From Longimicrobiales bacterium (GTDB taxonomy: Bacteria; Gemmatimonadota; Gemmatimonadetes; Longimicrobiales; Gaopeijiaceae), in assembly GCA_965204735.1 (NCBI GenBank), contig OZ242008.1:832001-896000 (forward strand): 64,000 bases of DNA, in the 5' to 3' direction. Every line of letters starts with the position of its first letter. Positions within the stretch are counted from its first letter, which is position 1. The notes under the pieces are model-generated. The model did not search any database. It had not been told where the DNA came from and saw only the letters and a program-made list of their open reading frames with translations. This document shows positions 19,241 through 29,046 of this stretch, piece after piece. The position numbers and the translations under genes are program-made.

Positions 19241-22200
19241 GCTCGGCCACCTCGCCGTCCATCAAGGCGTCGAGCGCCGAGAGGTGCTCCCGCAGCATCT
19301 CCTGCAGGCGCGACTTGACCTCGAGCTCCTGATCGGTCGGGGGGAAGTCCGCCACCGAGACGCCGCCCGTCAGGTAGCCGATCTTCTGCAGCAGCTTCGC
19401 TTCGAAGCGCACGCCGTCCTGTCCTTGGCCGGTCAGGCGCAGGTCCACCATGTTCATCTGAAGGGCGACGAGCTGATCCTGCAGCGCCTGGATCGCGTCG
19501 GCCAGCTCCTCGTCCTCCGCGAAGCGGGCCAGCGTCGCCAGCTGCACGCGGATCGCTTCGACCCGGTGAACGGCTTCGCCCGCAACCACCAGCTGCTCCC
19601 GAACCTCGCCCAAGAACGCCACCTGGGCGGCGATGTCGGCCTCGCTTCCTGCCGAGTGCGGGTCCTTGATCACGGTCAGGGGCTGTTCGTGGGTGGCGCC
19701 GGCGACCGTCAGGCGGACCGTGTAGCGACCCGGTGGCATCAGAATGGAGATCTGCCGCGAGCCGGGGGCGGGCCGACCGTCGCTGCCGACCGCGATGTGG
19801 TCCGCGTAGATGGGGCTGGTCAATAGCCGGACGGGCTCGTTGGGCTCGTCGCGGAGGTTCCAGTGCACGCGGTTGACGCCAGGTCGGCCGGGGCCCTCCA
19901 ACGTGCGCACCACCGTGCCCGCGGCGTCCACGATCTCGACGACGGGCGCGGCGTCGGACGCCATGTCGGGCGCGGCCTCCTGATCCCCCGAGCCCTCTGC
20001 GCCGGCAGGCCCCAGCCAGTAGTCGATCGACGCGCCGTACTCGGGGTCGCGTCCTTCGGTCGGGTCGCTGTAGGGCACCGACGGCGGCGTGATGGGGCGG
20101 AAGCGGTAGGCGTCGCGGGGCGCGAACAAGTGGGACGCGGACGCCACGACTTCGGGCGTGGCCTGCTGCAGCGGCGACAAGTCGTCGAGAATCCAGAAGC
20201 CCCGGCCGTACGTGCCCACGACCAAGTCGTTGAAGTGTTCTTGGACGACGATCCCCGACACCGGCGCGTGGGGAAGGTTGTTCTGCAGCGGCTGCCAGCG
20301 GTCGCCGTGGTCGAAGGAGACGTAGATGGCGTTCTCGGTGCCGGCGTAGAGCAGGCCGGGCCGCTTCGGGTCCTCGACGACGATCTTGGTGTAGCTGAGC
20401 ATCGTCGGCGGTATGCCGTCGGTGATCTTCTCCCACGACTGGCCGTAGTCGCGCGTGCGGTAGAGGTGCGGGTCGCGGATGTTGACCTGATGGCCGTCGG
20501 CGGCCAGGTAGGCCGTGCCGGGGTCGTGGCGGGACGGCGCAATGCTCCGAACAGCGATCCACTCGGGCAGCCCGGAGACGTTGGCGGTCACGTCGGTCCA
20601 CATGGCGCCGCCGTCGCGGGTCAGATGCACAAGTCCGTCGTTGGTGCCGGCCCAGATCAGCCCCGCTTCGACGGGCGACTCGGCGATGCCGAACACCGTG
20701 CCCGCGTACTCGACGCCGATGTTGTCGCCGGTCAGGCCCCCCGACAGGCCCATGCGGCTCCGGTCGTTAAGGGTCAGGTCGGGGCTGATCACGTCCCAGC
20801 TCTGGCCGCCGTTTCGCGTGCGGTGCACGTGCTGGCTGCCCACGTAGACCGTGTTGGCGTCGTGGGGCGAGATGTGAATCGGCGCGTCCCATATGAAGCG
20901 GTAGCGCACGCCCGACGCCGCGCCCCGGCTCTGCTCCGGCCACACCTCGACGGACCGGAACTGGCGTCGCGCCTCTTCGTAGCGCACCACGATGCCGCCC
21001 ACCATGCCCGATCCCGAAGCCGACGACCACACAATGTTCGGATCGGTCGGGTCGGGCGTGGCCCAGCCGCTCTCGCCGCCGCCCACGTGGTGCCACATGC
21101 CTCGGGGAATGCCGGTGATGCGGCGCTGTCCCATGATGCGGCTGTTGCTGGGGCCGCGGTACGTGGGTTCGTCCTGCTTGTTGCCCAGCACGTTGTAGGG
21201 AATCGCGTTGTCCACGGTCACGTGGTACATCTGCGCGTTGGTGAGGCGCTGGCGGAACCAGGTCTTGCCTCGGTTGCCGGAGATCGACAGCCCTTGGTCG
21301 TGGGCCACGATCATGCGGTCAGCGTCGGCCGGGTCGATCCACATGTCGTGGTGGTCGCCCCCCGGCGCTCGGGGACGCGGCACCACGCCCAGCGTGCGCC
21401 CGCCGTCGGTGGACACCGCGAACGAGGCGGTCAGGAAGTACGCCTCGTCCTCGTCGGAGGGCGACACGACCACTCGCGAGTAGTAGTGCGGCCTGCCCAT
21501 CGCGTTGCGGTTGCGCGTGATCAGCGCCCACGTGCGCCCGCCGTCTTCGGAACGCCAGAGCTGGCCGTCCTCGGTCTCGCGCCCCTCCCACGGAATGCCG
21601 TCGCCCGTTTCGAGCATGGCGTAGACCCGGCGCGGGTTGGACGGCGCGATAGCCACCGCCACCTTGCCCACCGGCTTCTCGGGCAAGCCGATGCCGTTGT
21701 CCGGCCCCGACAGCCGGCGCCACGTGTCCCCGCCGTCGCGCGAGACGTGAAGGCCGCCGCCGGGTCCGCCGCTGGTGCGCCCCCAAGTGTGGATCTCCAG
21801 CTGCCACGTGCCCGCGAAGAGCACGCGCGGGTTGGTCGGGTCCATGGCCACGTCGGAGCAGCCCGTGTCTTCGTCCACGAAGAGGACCCGTTCCCAGTTG
21901 GCGCCGCCGTCGGTGGTGCGGAAGAGCCCGCGCTCCTGCTGCGGACCGTAGGCGTGGCCCAGCGCGCACGCGAACACTACGTCCGGGTCCGACGGATGCA
22001 CCGCCAGTCGCGGAATCCGCCCCGTCTGCTCCAACCCCATGAGCGTCCAGGTCCGCCCGGCGTCGACCGACTTGTAGATGCCCTGCCCGATGGAGACGTG
22101 GCTCCGTATCTTCCCTTCGCCCGTGCCGGCCCAGACAATGTTCGGATCGGACGGCGCCACCGCCAGCGCCCCGATCGACTGCACCGGCTGGTCGTCGAAG

Positions 22201-22577
22201 ATCGCGTCCCAGTGCACGCCGCCGTCGGTCGTCTTGTACACGCCCCCCGAAGCCGCCCCGACGTAGTACGTGTGCGGGTCGCCCGAGATCCCCGCCGCCG
22301 CGCTGAACCGGTTCCCCTCGGGGCCGATGTGGCGCCATTCGAGGGCCGCGTAGTCGGCCGGGGTCGGGGTGGCCTGGGCGGCGAGGGGGGTGGGGGCGGG
22401 GATGGCGAGCGCGAGGGCCGCCGGGGTGGCCAGGAGGGCCAAGGCGGCTCGGCCGAGGCCGCCCCTGTCGAGGCCCGGCAGCCGCTGGGGCGTGCCGAGG
22501 GCCACGCGAAGCACCGTGACGAAAACGGACTTGGCGGAGCGGACGAGGGCGGCAGGGCTGGGAGTCGTGAGATTCAT
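19191..22577 (-). CDS. BNR/Asp-box (VPS10-like) beta-propeller putative glycosyl hydrolase
   Basis: WRHIGP; repeated S/TxDGGxTW Asp-boxes; helical C-terminus. Confidence 0.85.
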   Translation of the reverse strand: MNLTTPSPAALVRSAKSVFVTVLRVALGTPQRLPGLDRGGLGRAALALLATPAALALAIPAPTPLAAQATPTPADYAALEWRHIGPEGNRFSAAAGISGDPHTYYVGAASGGVYKTTDGGVHWDAIFDDQPVQSIGALAVAPSDPNIVWAGTGEGKIRSHVSIGQGIYKSVDAGRTWTLMGLEQTGRIPRLAVHPSDPDVVFACALGHAYGPQQERGLFRTTDGGANWERVLFVDEDTGCSDVAMDPTNPRVLFAGTWQLEIHTWGRTSGGPGGGLHVSRDGGDTWRRLSGPDNGIGLPEKPVGKVAVAIAPSNPRRVYAMLETGDGIPWEGRETEDGQLWRSEDGGRTWALITRNRNAMGRPHYYSRVVVSPSDEDEAYFLTASFAVSTDGGRTLGVVPRPRAPGGDHHDMWIDPADADRMIVAHDQGLSISGNRGKTWFRQRLTNAQMYHVTVDNAIPYNVLGNKQDEPTYRGPSNSRIMGQRRITGIPRGMWHHVGGGESGWATPDPTDPNIVWSSASGSGMVGGIVVRYEEARRQFRSVEVWPEQSRGAASGVRYRFIWDAPIHISPHDANTVYVGSQHVHRTRNGGQSWDVISPDLTLNDRSRMGLSGGLTGDNIGVEYAGTVFGIAESPVEAGLIWAGTNDGLVHLTRDGGAMWTDVTANVSGLPEWIAVRSIAPSRHDPGTAYLAADGHQVNIRDPHLYRTRDYGQSWEKITDGIPPTMLSYTKIVVEDPKRPGLLYAGTENAIYVSFDHGDRWQPLQNNLPHAPVSGIVVQEHFNDLVVGTYGRGFWILDDLSPLQQATPEVVASASHLFAPRDAYRFRPITPPSVPYSDPTEGRDPEYGASIDYWLGPAGAEGSGDQEAAPDMASDAAPVVEIVDAAGTVVRTLEGPGRPGVNRVHWNLRDEPNEPVRLLTSPIYADHIAVGSDGRPAPGSRQISILMPPGRYTVRLTVAGATHEQPLTVIKDPHSAGSEADIAAQVAFLGEVREQLVVAGEAVHRVEAIRVQLATLARFAEDEELADAIQALQDQLVALQMNMVDLRLTGQGQDGVRFEAKLLQKIGYLTGGVSVADFPPTDQELEVKSRLQEMLREHLSALDALMDGEVAELNQMLRARGMLIVADG

Positions 22578-22708
22578 CGGAGTCCTCGGGGTTGACGGGC
22601 GTCGTCGGGGGGTCGGATGGCAGGGGTTGATCCGTTACGGTCTGGCGAGCGAGAAGTCAAGCTGGGGTCGGGAAATCTGGAGAGCCGGCAAGACGGGTAG
22701 CGGCACGG

Positions 22709-23293
22709 TCAACCAGTCCCGATGAGCCGCTTGAGCACTTGCGATGCGGTTGCCAATGTGCCGCCGTACGGCGCAAGCCATTCGTCCGGTTCACCTGGAT
22801 CCACTTTGAACCAGAACGTGTCGTACTTGTCCTTGTCGTCGTACGTGTACTTGCCTTTCTTTTTTCCCCCGTGCTGCGGAGTGACATAGACAAATAGTAC
22901 GTCTTTGGAAAAGACCACGGCTTTGGGGATGATCCAACAATGCGCGCTTGTCGGCGACAGGCCCAAGCATATCAGAAAGGCATAATCTTGGTCTCGAATC
23001 TGCTGAAATTTGTAGATGCCAGTCTCCCACCGAGTAGAGGACTTAACCTCTACTCGATCGTCCTGGACTTTCATGTCTGCTTGCGTATCACGGACACCCT
23101 CGACGCGGAGGCCATGCTGAACACACCACCTCTCGACCAGCTGCTCGCCGATCTTGCCTCGCCGCCGCGACGACGGTTGGGCCTTGATCCACGCGAATGG
23201 ACTGCCGGCCCAGGCACCGTCCGCCTTCACGTACTCACGCTTCAACTCTGTTGCCATGTTGGCCAGCAGTCTGACGTCGGGGTCATGAATCAT
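22709..23293 (-). CDS. putative type II restriction endonuclease (PD-(D/E)XK)
   Basis: GKIGEQLV..AD..RVEVKSS..FQQIRDQDY. ATGA overlap with the MTase stop. Lower GC. Confidence 0.6.
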   Translation of the reverse strand: MIHDPDVRLLANMATELKREYVKADGAWAGSPFAWIKAQPSSRRRGKIGEQLVERWCVQHGLRVEGVRDTQADMKVQDDRVEVKSSTRWETGIYKFQQIRDQDYAFLICLGLSPTSAHCWIIPKAVVFSKDVLFVYVTPQHGGKKKGKYTYDDKDKYDTFWFKVDPGEPDEWLAPYGGTLATASQVLKRLIGTG

Positions 23294-23606
23294 GTCTGCC
23301 CCGCCAGTGCCTCGTCACGTTCCGCTGGCCCGAACAACGACCCTTGAGACTTTGTGGGAAGATGTTGCGTGTGGTCGTAGCCCTCGAACGCGACGTCATG
23401 CATGTCGGCAAAGCGCTCGGCCATGACCGCCAGAGCGTCCGGACTGTTGTCGACCAAGATGAACCGGCGGCCCAGTTCCCGGGCAACGGCGCCGAGGGTA
23501 CCACTGCCGGCAAAGAAGTCCAGCACGGTGTCGCCGGGACGCGACGATGCTTGGACGATTCGCCGGACGATGCCCGCCGGCTTCTGAGTGGGGTAGCCCG
23601 TTCGTT
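23290..23606 (-). pseudogene. C-terminal fragment of the IS-interrupted N4/N6 DNA methyltransferase
   Basis: ERTGYPTQKP..VLDFFAGSGT; continues the 26720 fragment in frame once the IS is removed. Confidence 0.9.
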
Positions 23607-23645
23607 CCCTTCCGGGCTCTTCGCCTGATGTGGTGGGGAGGGACA

Positions 23646-24721
23646 TGTCAAGCCAAAGTAGAAATGTCCCCCCTGGTGGTGTGGACGATGGGTTCTTCCT
23701 GAGGCCGAGGGCCAGGTGTTGGGCGCAGGACGCGCGGCTCCAGCAAGCCTGGGCTGTACGGCGCAGGGCGCCCTGGTCCGGGCGCTTCAAGGCCAGCGGC
23801 GGCCGGGCGAGTCGAGATCGTCGCCGTGGCCAAGCTCTGGCCGGGTGGACGCCAACGCGGACGGGTCCGGACACTGCTGCCCCGATGGCTCGCAGTTCGC
23901 ACTGAGCCTGCCAGCTCGGACGGTCGTGGTGCGCCGAGCGACCTGCGCAGCGCCGGCAAGCCTCGGAGGCACGGATGCCGACACCGCGGTCACGCCCGAC
24001 CTTTGCGGGAAGGGGAGTGCGACCCGCCGTCCCCGCCTGCGGGCTCAGGACGAGGCCCTGCACTGCTCGGGACCGGTCCCGTTGGAGTGGCGGCGCGGTG
24101 TTCCCGCTTGGCCACGGCCTGAGCCACGCTGGCGCTGAAGTGCTTGCTCCACGGGTGATTCCTTCCCGGCTTCGGCGGCTTGGGCCTGGGCTTGGCCGTC
24201 GCGGGCGCGGACGCCGGCTTGGGCGTCGCGGACCGGACCGATCCCAAGGCCTTGGGCGTCAGGTAGCAACCGCGATGCCGGAAGCGCAGCTCGCCCGAGA
24301 GAACGCCGTTCGACGACGACGGGGGAGCTTCAGCTCGACGCGCTCCGCCAGCAGCGTGGCGCCGAAGGCGGCGTAGTCGGGGTCCTGGCCATGGCCAGCA
24401 CCCGCCCCCGCGTCTCCGACGGCAGCGACCGGTTCGACCTCCGACCCCGGAGCCCGTGCACGACCACCTCGTCGCCCGCCGCCTCGAACCGGCGGCGCAC
24501 GCGCCGGAAGTGACGTTCGGTCACCCCGAAGCGCGCCGCGCCGTCGGCCGCCGCCAGCACGCCTTCGCTCACCTGCCTCAACACCGAGATCCGGTCCCGC
24601 TCCTTCAAGCTCAACTCCATTTCGCTCCTCTCCCGGGCACGAGTTCGACTCCCGCCGAACATCGCCCGAAAGAGGACATTTCTATCTTGGTAAGACCGGA
24701 CATTTCTAAATTGGCACGACA
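23646..24721 (-). mobile_element. internally deleted ISNCY/IS1202-type element (non-autonomous), nested in the ISL3 end
   Basis: IRs TGTCAAGCCAAAGTAGAAATGTCC / TGTCGTGCCAATTTAGAAATGTCC. Internal repeat of TAGAAATGTCC at 24674-24684. 17-bp flanking DR at 23629-23645 and 24722-24738 (16/17 identical). Confidence 0.85.
23990..24620 (-). pseudogene. ISNCY-type transposase remnant (HTH N-terminus fused to C-terminal tail, DDE core missing)
   Basis: MELSLKERDR..HGLRGRRSNR, frameshifted DYAAFGATLLAE, then directly VVVERR/LSGELRFRHRG..KPGRNHPW. Confidence 0.8.
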
Positions 24722-24764
24722 TGTCGTGGGGAGGGACATGGAACCGGGACGGGGGCACGGCGGG

Positions 24765-26000
24765 TCAGTGCTGGGCGGGGCGCGGACAGAGGTCGAGACC
24801 GCCGAGGTGGAAGAGAATGGCCGCGGCGAAGCGGTCCTGGTTGCGGAAGCCGCGGCACCGGGCCTTGATCGCTTGGATGCGGCTGTTGACGCCCTCGGCC
24901 GGGCCGTTGGTGGCATCAAGCACGACGGCGTTGACGATGCCCCACAGGTGCGTCCGGACCATCGCCGCCGCCTTCTCGACCGGCTCGAGCCCGGAGGCCG
25001 ACGCCCATTGCAGCCAGCGCAACCACGCCGAGTGCGCCCAGCCCCGGCTGCGATATCGCCACAGCTTCGACGCCGCTTCCTTGAGCGCCCAGGCCTGGGA
25101 CGTGCGCTCGACGCTCTTGCGCAACTCGGCGAACGCCAGCTTCTCGGCGTGCGTCTTCTTGCCGGCGCCCCGGAGCCACTGGTACCGCGTGCCCGCCAGC
25201 ACGGCATTGCCCCGCGCCTTCAGCTCCTCGTGCTCGGCGCGCCGCACCTTGTCCACCGCGTCGCCCAGATGCTTGGCCACGTGAAAGCGGTCGAACGCCG
25301 TCTTGCTGCGCGCGTCGGCAACCCACGCCTCCGTCGCCGCCACGTAGGGCCGCCACATGTCCATCGACACGCTCTCGACCGCCGCCAGCCGCCGCTCGCC
25401 CATCGTGCGGTAGAACGCCTCCAGCGCTTCGCGGCTACGGCCCGGCGCCACGTGCAGCACGTCCTTCGTCTCCGAGTCCGACACCACCGTCACGTACTTG
25501 TGGCCCCGCTTGAACGACGTCTCGTCCACGCTCAGCCGCCGCGGCGTCTGCATCTCGCGACGTGCCAAGCCCCGGCGCACCGCGCGCTCCATGATCCCGG
25601 CGACCGCCGTCCAGCTCAAGCGCAGCCGCCGCGACACCGCAAGCACGCTCGCATCGCGCAACCAGTCGATCACCAGCGACTCGAACGCCGCCGTGTACCT
25701 CGACCGCTCCTCCGCCCACGGCACCCGCGTCGTCGCCACCCCGTGCTCCGGACACTCCACCCGCGGCACGTCGTAGACCACGAACGTCTTGTATCCCCAT
25801 GCGTCCAGCCCGCGCCACTCCCGGCGCCGCACGTCGTAGCCCGGACACGTCCGCCCGCACTCCGGGCACCGCAACGGCGAGCCCGCCCTGCGCGCCAGCG
25901 TCACCCGCGCCTCCTGGCGCTCCGAATCCTCGTCCACGCGCTCGATCCGCCACTCCGGCCCCAGCCCCATCAGCCGCTCCACCCACTCCCGCATCTCCAT
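24765..26000 (-). CDS. ISL3-family transposase (apparently intact)
   Basis: CPEC..CPEHG zinc finger, LSVDETSF, SMDMW, DRFHV, TNGPAEGVNSRIQAIK..GFRN. Confidence 0.95.
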   Translation of the reverse strand: MEMREWVERLMGLGPEWRIERVDEDSERQEARVTLARRAGSPLRCPECGRTCPGYDVRRREWRGLDAWGYKTFVVYDVPRVECPEHGVATTRVPWAEERSRYTAAFESLVIDWLRDASVLAVSRRLRLSWTAVAGIMERAVRRGLARREMQTPRRLSVDETSFKRGHKYVTVVSDSETKDVLHVAPGRSREALEAFYRTMGERRLAAVESVSMDMWRPYVAATEAWVADARSKTAFDRFHVAKHLGDAVDKVRRAEHEELKARGNAVLAGTRYQWLRGAGKKTHAEKLAFAELRKSVERTSQAWALKEAASKLWRYRSRGWAHSAWLRWLQWASASGLEPVEKAAAMVRTHLWGIVNAVVLDATNGPAEGVNSRIQAIKARCRGFRNQDRFAAAILFHLGGLDLCPRPAQH

Positions 26001-26074
26001 TCGCTCTCCTCGCTCCAAAAGTCACGCCGTCCTCCCGTCCATCCTACGGCGCCCACCGAAACAGGGGAAGAGCC

Positions 26075-26720
26075 CCCTTCCGTTGGTGGGGACGATCGTG
26101 TGCCACCAGGTGTCCGTGGGAAGCTTGCCTCGGGCAGCCTTCTCGGCGCCCACGAGGCCAGGGGCCATGTAGGGAATTCGCTCGACCGATTCCGAGTTGA
26201 ACACGTACTGATCCGTGTCCTTGACGTACAGAAGAATGTTGTCGTGCTTTGCGGGCCACCTGCGCTTGGAGCGTCCTCCGTAGTCGTAGGCCCAGATGAT
26301 CTCGTTGAGAAAACACTCCCGCCCGAAAATGCCGTCGAGCAGCACCTTGGCGTAGTGAACCTCTCGGTAGTCCAAGTGCAGGTACAACGAGCCCGTGGGC
26401 GCCAAGACGCGATGTGCCTCGCGCAGTCGCGGCTCCAAGAACGCAAGATAGTCGTCGAAGGCGTCGGCGAACGCTCGTGTGGCTCCCGGTTCCGTACGAT
26501 AGCGGCGGCCCTGGAAGCCTGTCCGGTCTCCACCGACGTCGTCTTGGACGGTACGAAGCCTCGTTCGGGATTGAACGCGCCCCGTGTTGAACGGCGGATC
26601 GGTGTAGATGAGATCAATGGAGCCGGTAGCCAAGTTGCCGAGAAACGGCAGGTTGTCTCCAAGGTGGACAACGTCTCGGGCACTACTTCTTTCGACGACG
26701 CCGTTGTCTCCAGGAGCCAT
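26075..26720 (-). pseudogene. N-terminal fragment of a beta-class N4/N6 DNA methyltransferase
   Basis: GDNL, IYTDPPFNTG, NEIIW, KHDNIL, DTWWHTIVPTNGR; interrupted at the TSD. Confidence 0.9.
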
Positions 26721-26952
26721 CCGGGGCTCCCTCGTCGATGCAGTCAGTGTCCTCTCCCCAGGATATTGGTTGTCGAATCCAGCTCTGCTCCGCACACTGA
26801 AGCATAACCGTGTCGGCTGCTCCGCTCCAGACCGGCGAGACCGCCATGCTTGCGCGGCCGACCGCAGCTCGCGCACTATGACTCCGCCGCCGCGCGGACC
26901 TCGCCGAGCCCGCGTGGATTCTCCTGTCGATTTCCCTCACGATCCTGCTGCC

Positions 26953-28869
26953 ATGCCGCTCCCCGTTCGTTCCGTCCAACCGCCCGGATGTGGGGCCTTC
27001 CCTTGGACCGCGCTCCGAGCCGCCGTTCCTGCCGTCGCCGTCGTCGCGACCGGCCTCGCCGTCTCGGCCCCCACTCCCACCACCGCCCAGACCGGCCCTG
27101 TCGTCGAGGACGGCCAGGCCCAGGTCGTTCCCGCCTTTGCCGATTCGACCGCGTGGATCCGTCACGAGCTGTGGGTCGAGACGGAGTTCGACTCGGACGG
27201 CGACGGTCGGCTGGACCGGGTGCACGCGGACGTGACGCGGCCGGCCCAGACGGACACCGAGGGGCTCAAGGTGGCGGTGATCTACGAGACGAGCCCGTAC
27301 TACTCGGGGACGGCCGGGATCGACTTCGACCACTTCTGGAACTTGCGCCAGGAGGTGGGCGGGGCGCCGCCGGAGCGCGACCCGTACCCGGCCGCGATCC
27401 GCCATCGGGCCAGCCAACCCGTCATCTCCAACTCCCACGTGCGGACATGGGTGCCCCGAGGCTTTGCGGTCGTCCACTCCCAGTCGCCGGGAACTGGGCA
27501 GTCGCAAGGGTGTCCGACCGTCGGCGGGGCCAACGAATCCCTTGCGCCCAAGGCGGTGATCGACTGGCTCAACGGGCGAGCACGGGGCTTCGCCGCGCTG
27601 GACGGCGACGAGGAAGTGACGGCGCACTGGGCCACGGGCAAGGTCGGCATGACGGGCACGTCGTACAACGGGACGCTTCCGCTGGCCGCGGCGACGACCG
27701 GGGTGGAGGGACTGGAGGCGATCGTTCCGGTGGCGCCCAACACGTCGTACTACCACTACTACAGGTCCAACGGGCTGGTGCGGTCGCCGGGCGGGTACCC
27801 GGGCGAGGACGTGGACGTGCTCTTCGACTTCGTCTTCAGCGGATTTCCCGACTCGCGGGAGTATTGCGTTGCCCAGGTGCGGGAGGGCGAGATGAGGCCG
27901 AAGCTGGATCGGACCACGGGCGACTACAACGACTTCTGGGCGGGGCGGGACTACCTGAACCAGATCGACGGCGTGAAGGCCGCAACGCTGATGGCCCACG
28001 CCTTCAACGACTGGAACGTCATGCCCGAGCACAGCTACCGAATCGTCCAGGCGCTGGAGGCCCGAGGCGTGCCAGTGCAGGTCTACTACCACCAGGGAGG
28101 ACACGGCGGGCCGCCGCCCCTCGAGCTCGTGAACCGCTGGTTCACCCGCTACCTCCTGGACGTCGACAACGGCGTCGAGGACGACCCTGGCGCCTGGATC
28201 GTGCGGGAGGGCGACGACCCGGGCCGGCCCACGCCGTACGCCGCCTACCCCCACCCCGAATCCGAAGGCGTGCCCCTTCACCCCGGCGGCGACGGCGCCT
28301 GGACCGGCACGCTGGGGCTGGAGACCGGGACCGAGCCCGCGCAAGGCGCCGTCGTGGACAACTTCTCCTTCGCCGGGGGCGAGCTGGCCGCGGCCGAGTG
28401 GTCCAGCCACCGTCTGCTGTACGCCACGCCCGAGCTGCGCGAGGACGTGCACCTCTCCGGCGTGGCGAAGGTCCGGATTCGCGTGGCCGCCGACGCTCCC
28501 GGCGCCAACCTGTCGGTGTGGCTGGTGTCGCTCCCGTGGACCAGAAGCGAGTCGATCAACGACGACGTGATCACCAGGGGCTGGGCCGACCCCAGCAACG
28601 CCGGCGCCGCCGACGTGAAGTCGCCTCGGACGGGCGCGCCTCTGGTCCCCGGCGAGTTCGTGGAGCTCGAGTTCGACCTTCAGCCCGACGACCAGGTCGT
28701 GCCGGCGGGCGAGCGCATCGGCCTGATGATCTTCTCCAGCGACAAGGACTTCACGCTTCATCCCGACCCGGGCACCCGGCTCCAGGTCGATCTTCGGGGC
28801 ACATCGGTTGTGCTGCCCGTGGTGGGCGGAAGAGAAGCGCTGGCCAAGGCGCTGACCCCGGTCAGCTGA
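26953..28869 (+). CDS. pepX: Xaa-Pro dipeptidyl-peptidase (S15)
   Basis: DSDGDGRLD, GKVGMTGTSYNG, DWNV, HQGGHG; signal peptide. Confidence 0.85.
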   Translation: MPLPVRSVQPPGCGAFPWTALRAAVPAVAVVATGLAVSAPTPTTAQTGPVVEDGQAQVVPAFADSTAWIRHELWVETEFDSDGDGRLDRVHADVTRPAQTDTEGLKVAVIYETSPYYSGTAGIDFDHFWNLRQEVGGAPPERDPYPAAIRHRASQPVISNSHVRTWVPRGFAVVHSQSPGTGQSQGCPTVGGANESLAPKAVIDWLNGRARGFAALDGDEEVTAHWATGKVGMTGTSYNGTLPLAAATTGVEGLEAIVPVAPNTSYYHYYRSNGLVRSPGGYPGEDVDVLFDFVFSGFPDSREYCVAQVREGEMRPKLDRTTGDYNDFWAGRDYLNQIDGVKAATLMAHAFNDWNVMPEHSYRIVQALEARGVPVQVYYHQGGHGGPPPLELVNRWFTRYLLDVDNGVEDDPGAWIVREGDDPGRPTPYAAYPHPESEGVPLHPGGDGAWTGTLGLETGTEPAQGAVVDNFSFAGGELAAAEWSSHRLLYATPELREDVHLSGVAKVRIRVAADAPGANLSVWLVSLPWTRSESINDDVITRGWADPSNAGAADVKSPRTGAPLVPGEFVELEFDLQPDDQVVPAGERIGLMIFSSDKDFTLHPDPGTRLQVDLRGTSVVLPVVGGREALAKALTPVS

Positions 28870-28937
28870 CGGCTGGCCGGTCGCCCGGACGCTCCGTTCG
28901 CTCGGCGACCGCTGCGGCGACATCTGGGTGGACACGG

Positions 28938-29046
28938 CAGGACCTGGGCGAGGGCCGCGGCCGCCTGGGCCCGCCGGGCTGCGGTCGCTGGCGCTGGTCC
29001 TCGACTTTACTCCAGGACCTCGGCGAGGGCCGCCGCCACCTGGGCC
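28938..29046. repeat. 34-bp direct repeat (31/34 identical, period 75) duplicating the lysJ 3' end
   Basis: 28938-28971 vs 29013-29046. Confidence 0.8.

Larger units (their letters stand above)
23615..26074 (-). mobile_element. ISL3-family IS carrying a nested element
   Basis: Imperfect terminal IRs GGCTCTTCGCCTGATGTGGTGGG / GGCTCTTCCCCTGTTTCGGTGGG. 8-bp TSD CCCTTCCG at 23607-23614 and 26075-26082. Confidence 0.95.

Noticed and set aside
23290..24063. 257-aa ORF as an independent methyltransferase
   Set aside because: Its N-terminal part is translated IS sequence; only 23290-23606 is MTase, and it lacks motif IV.
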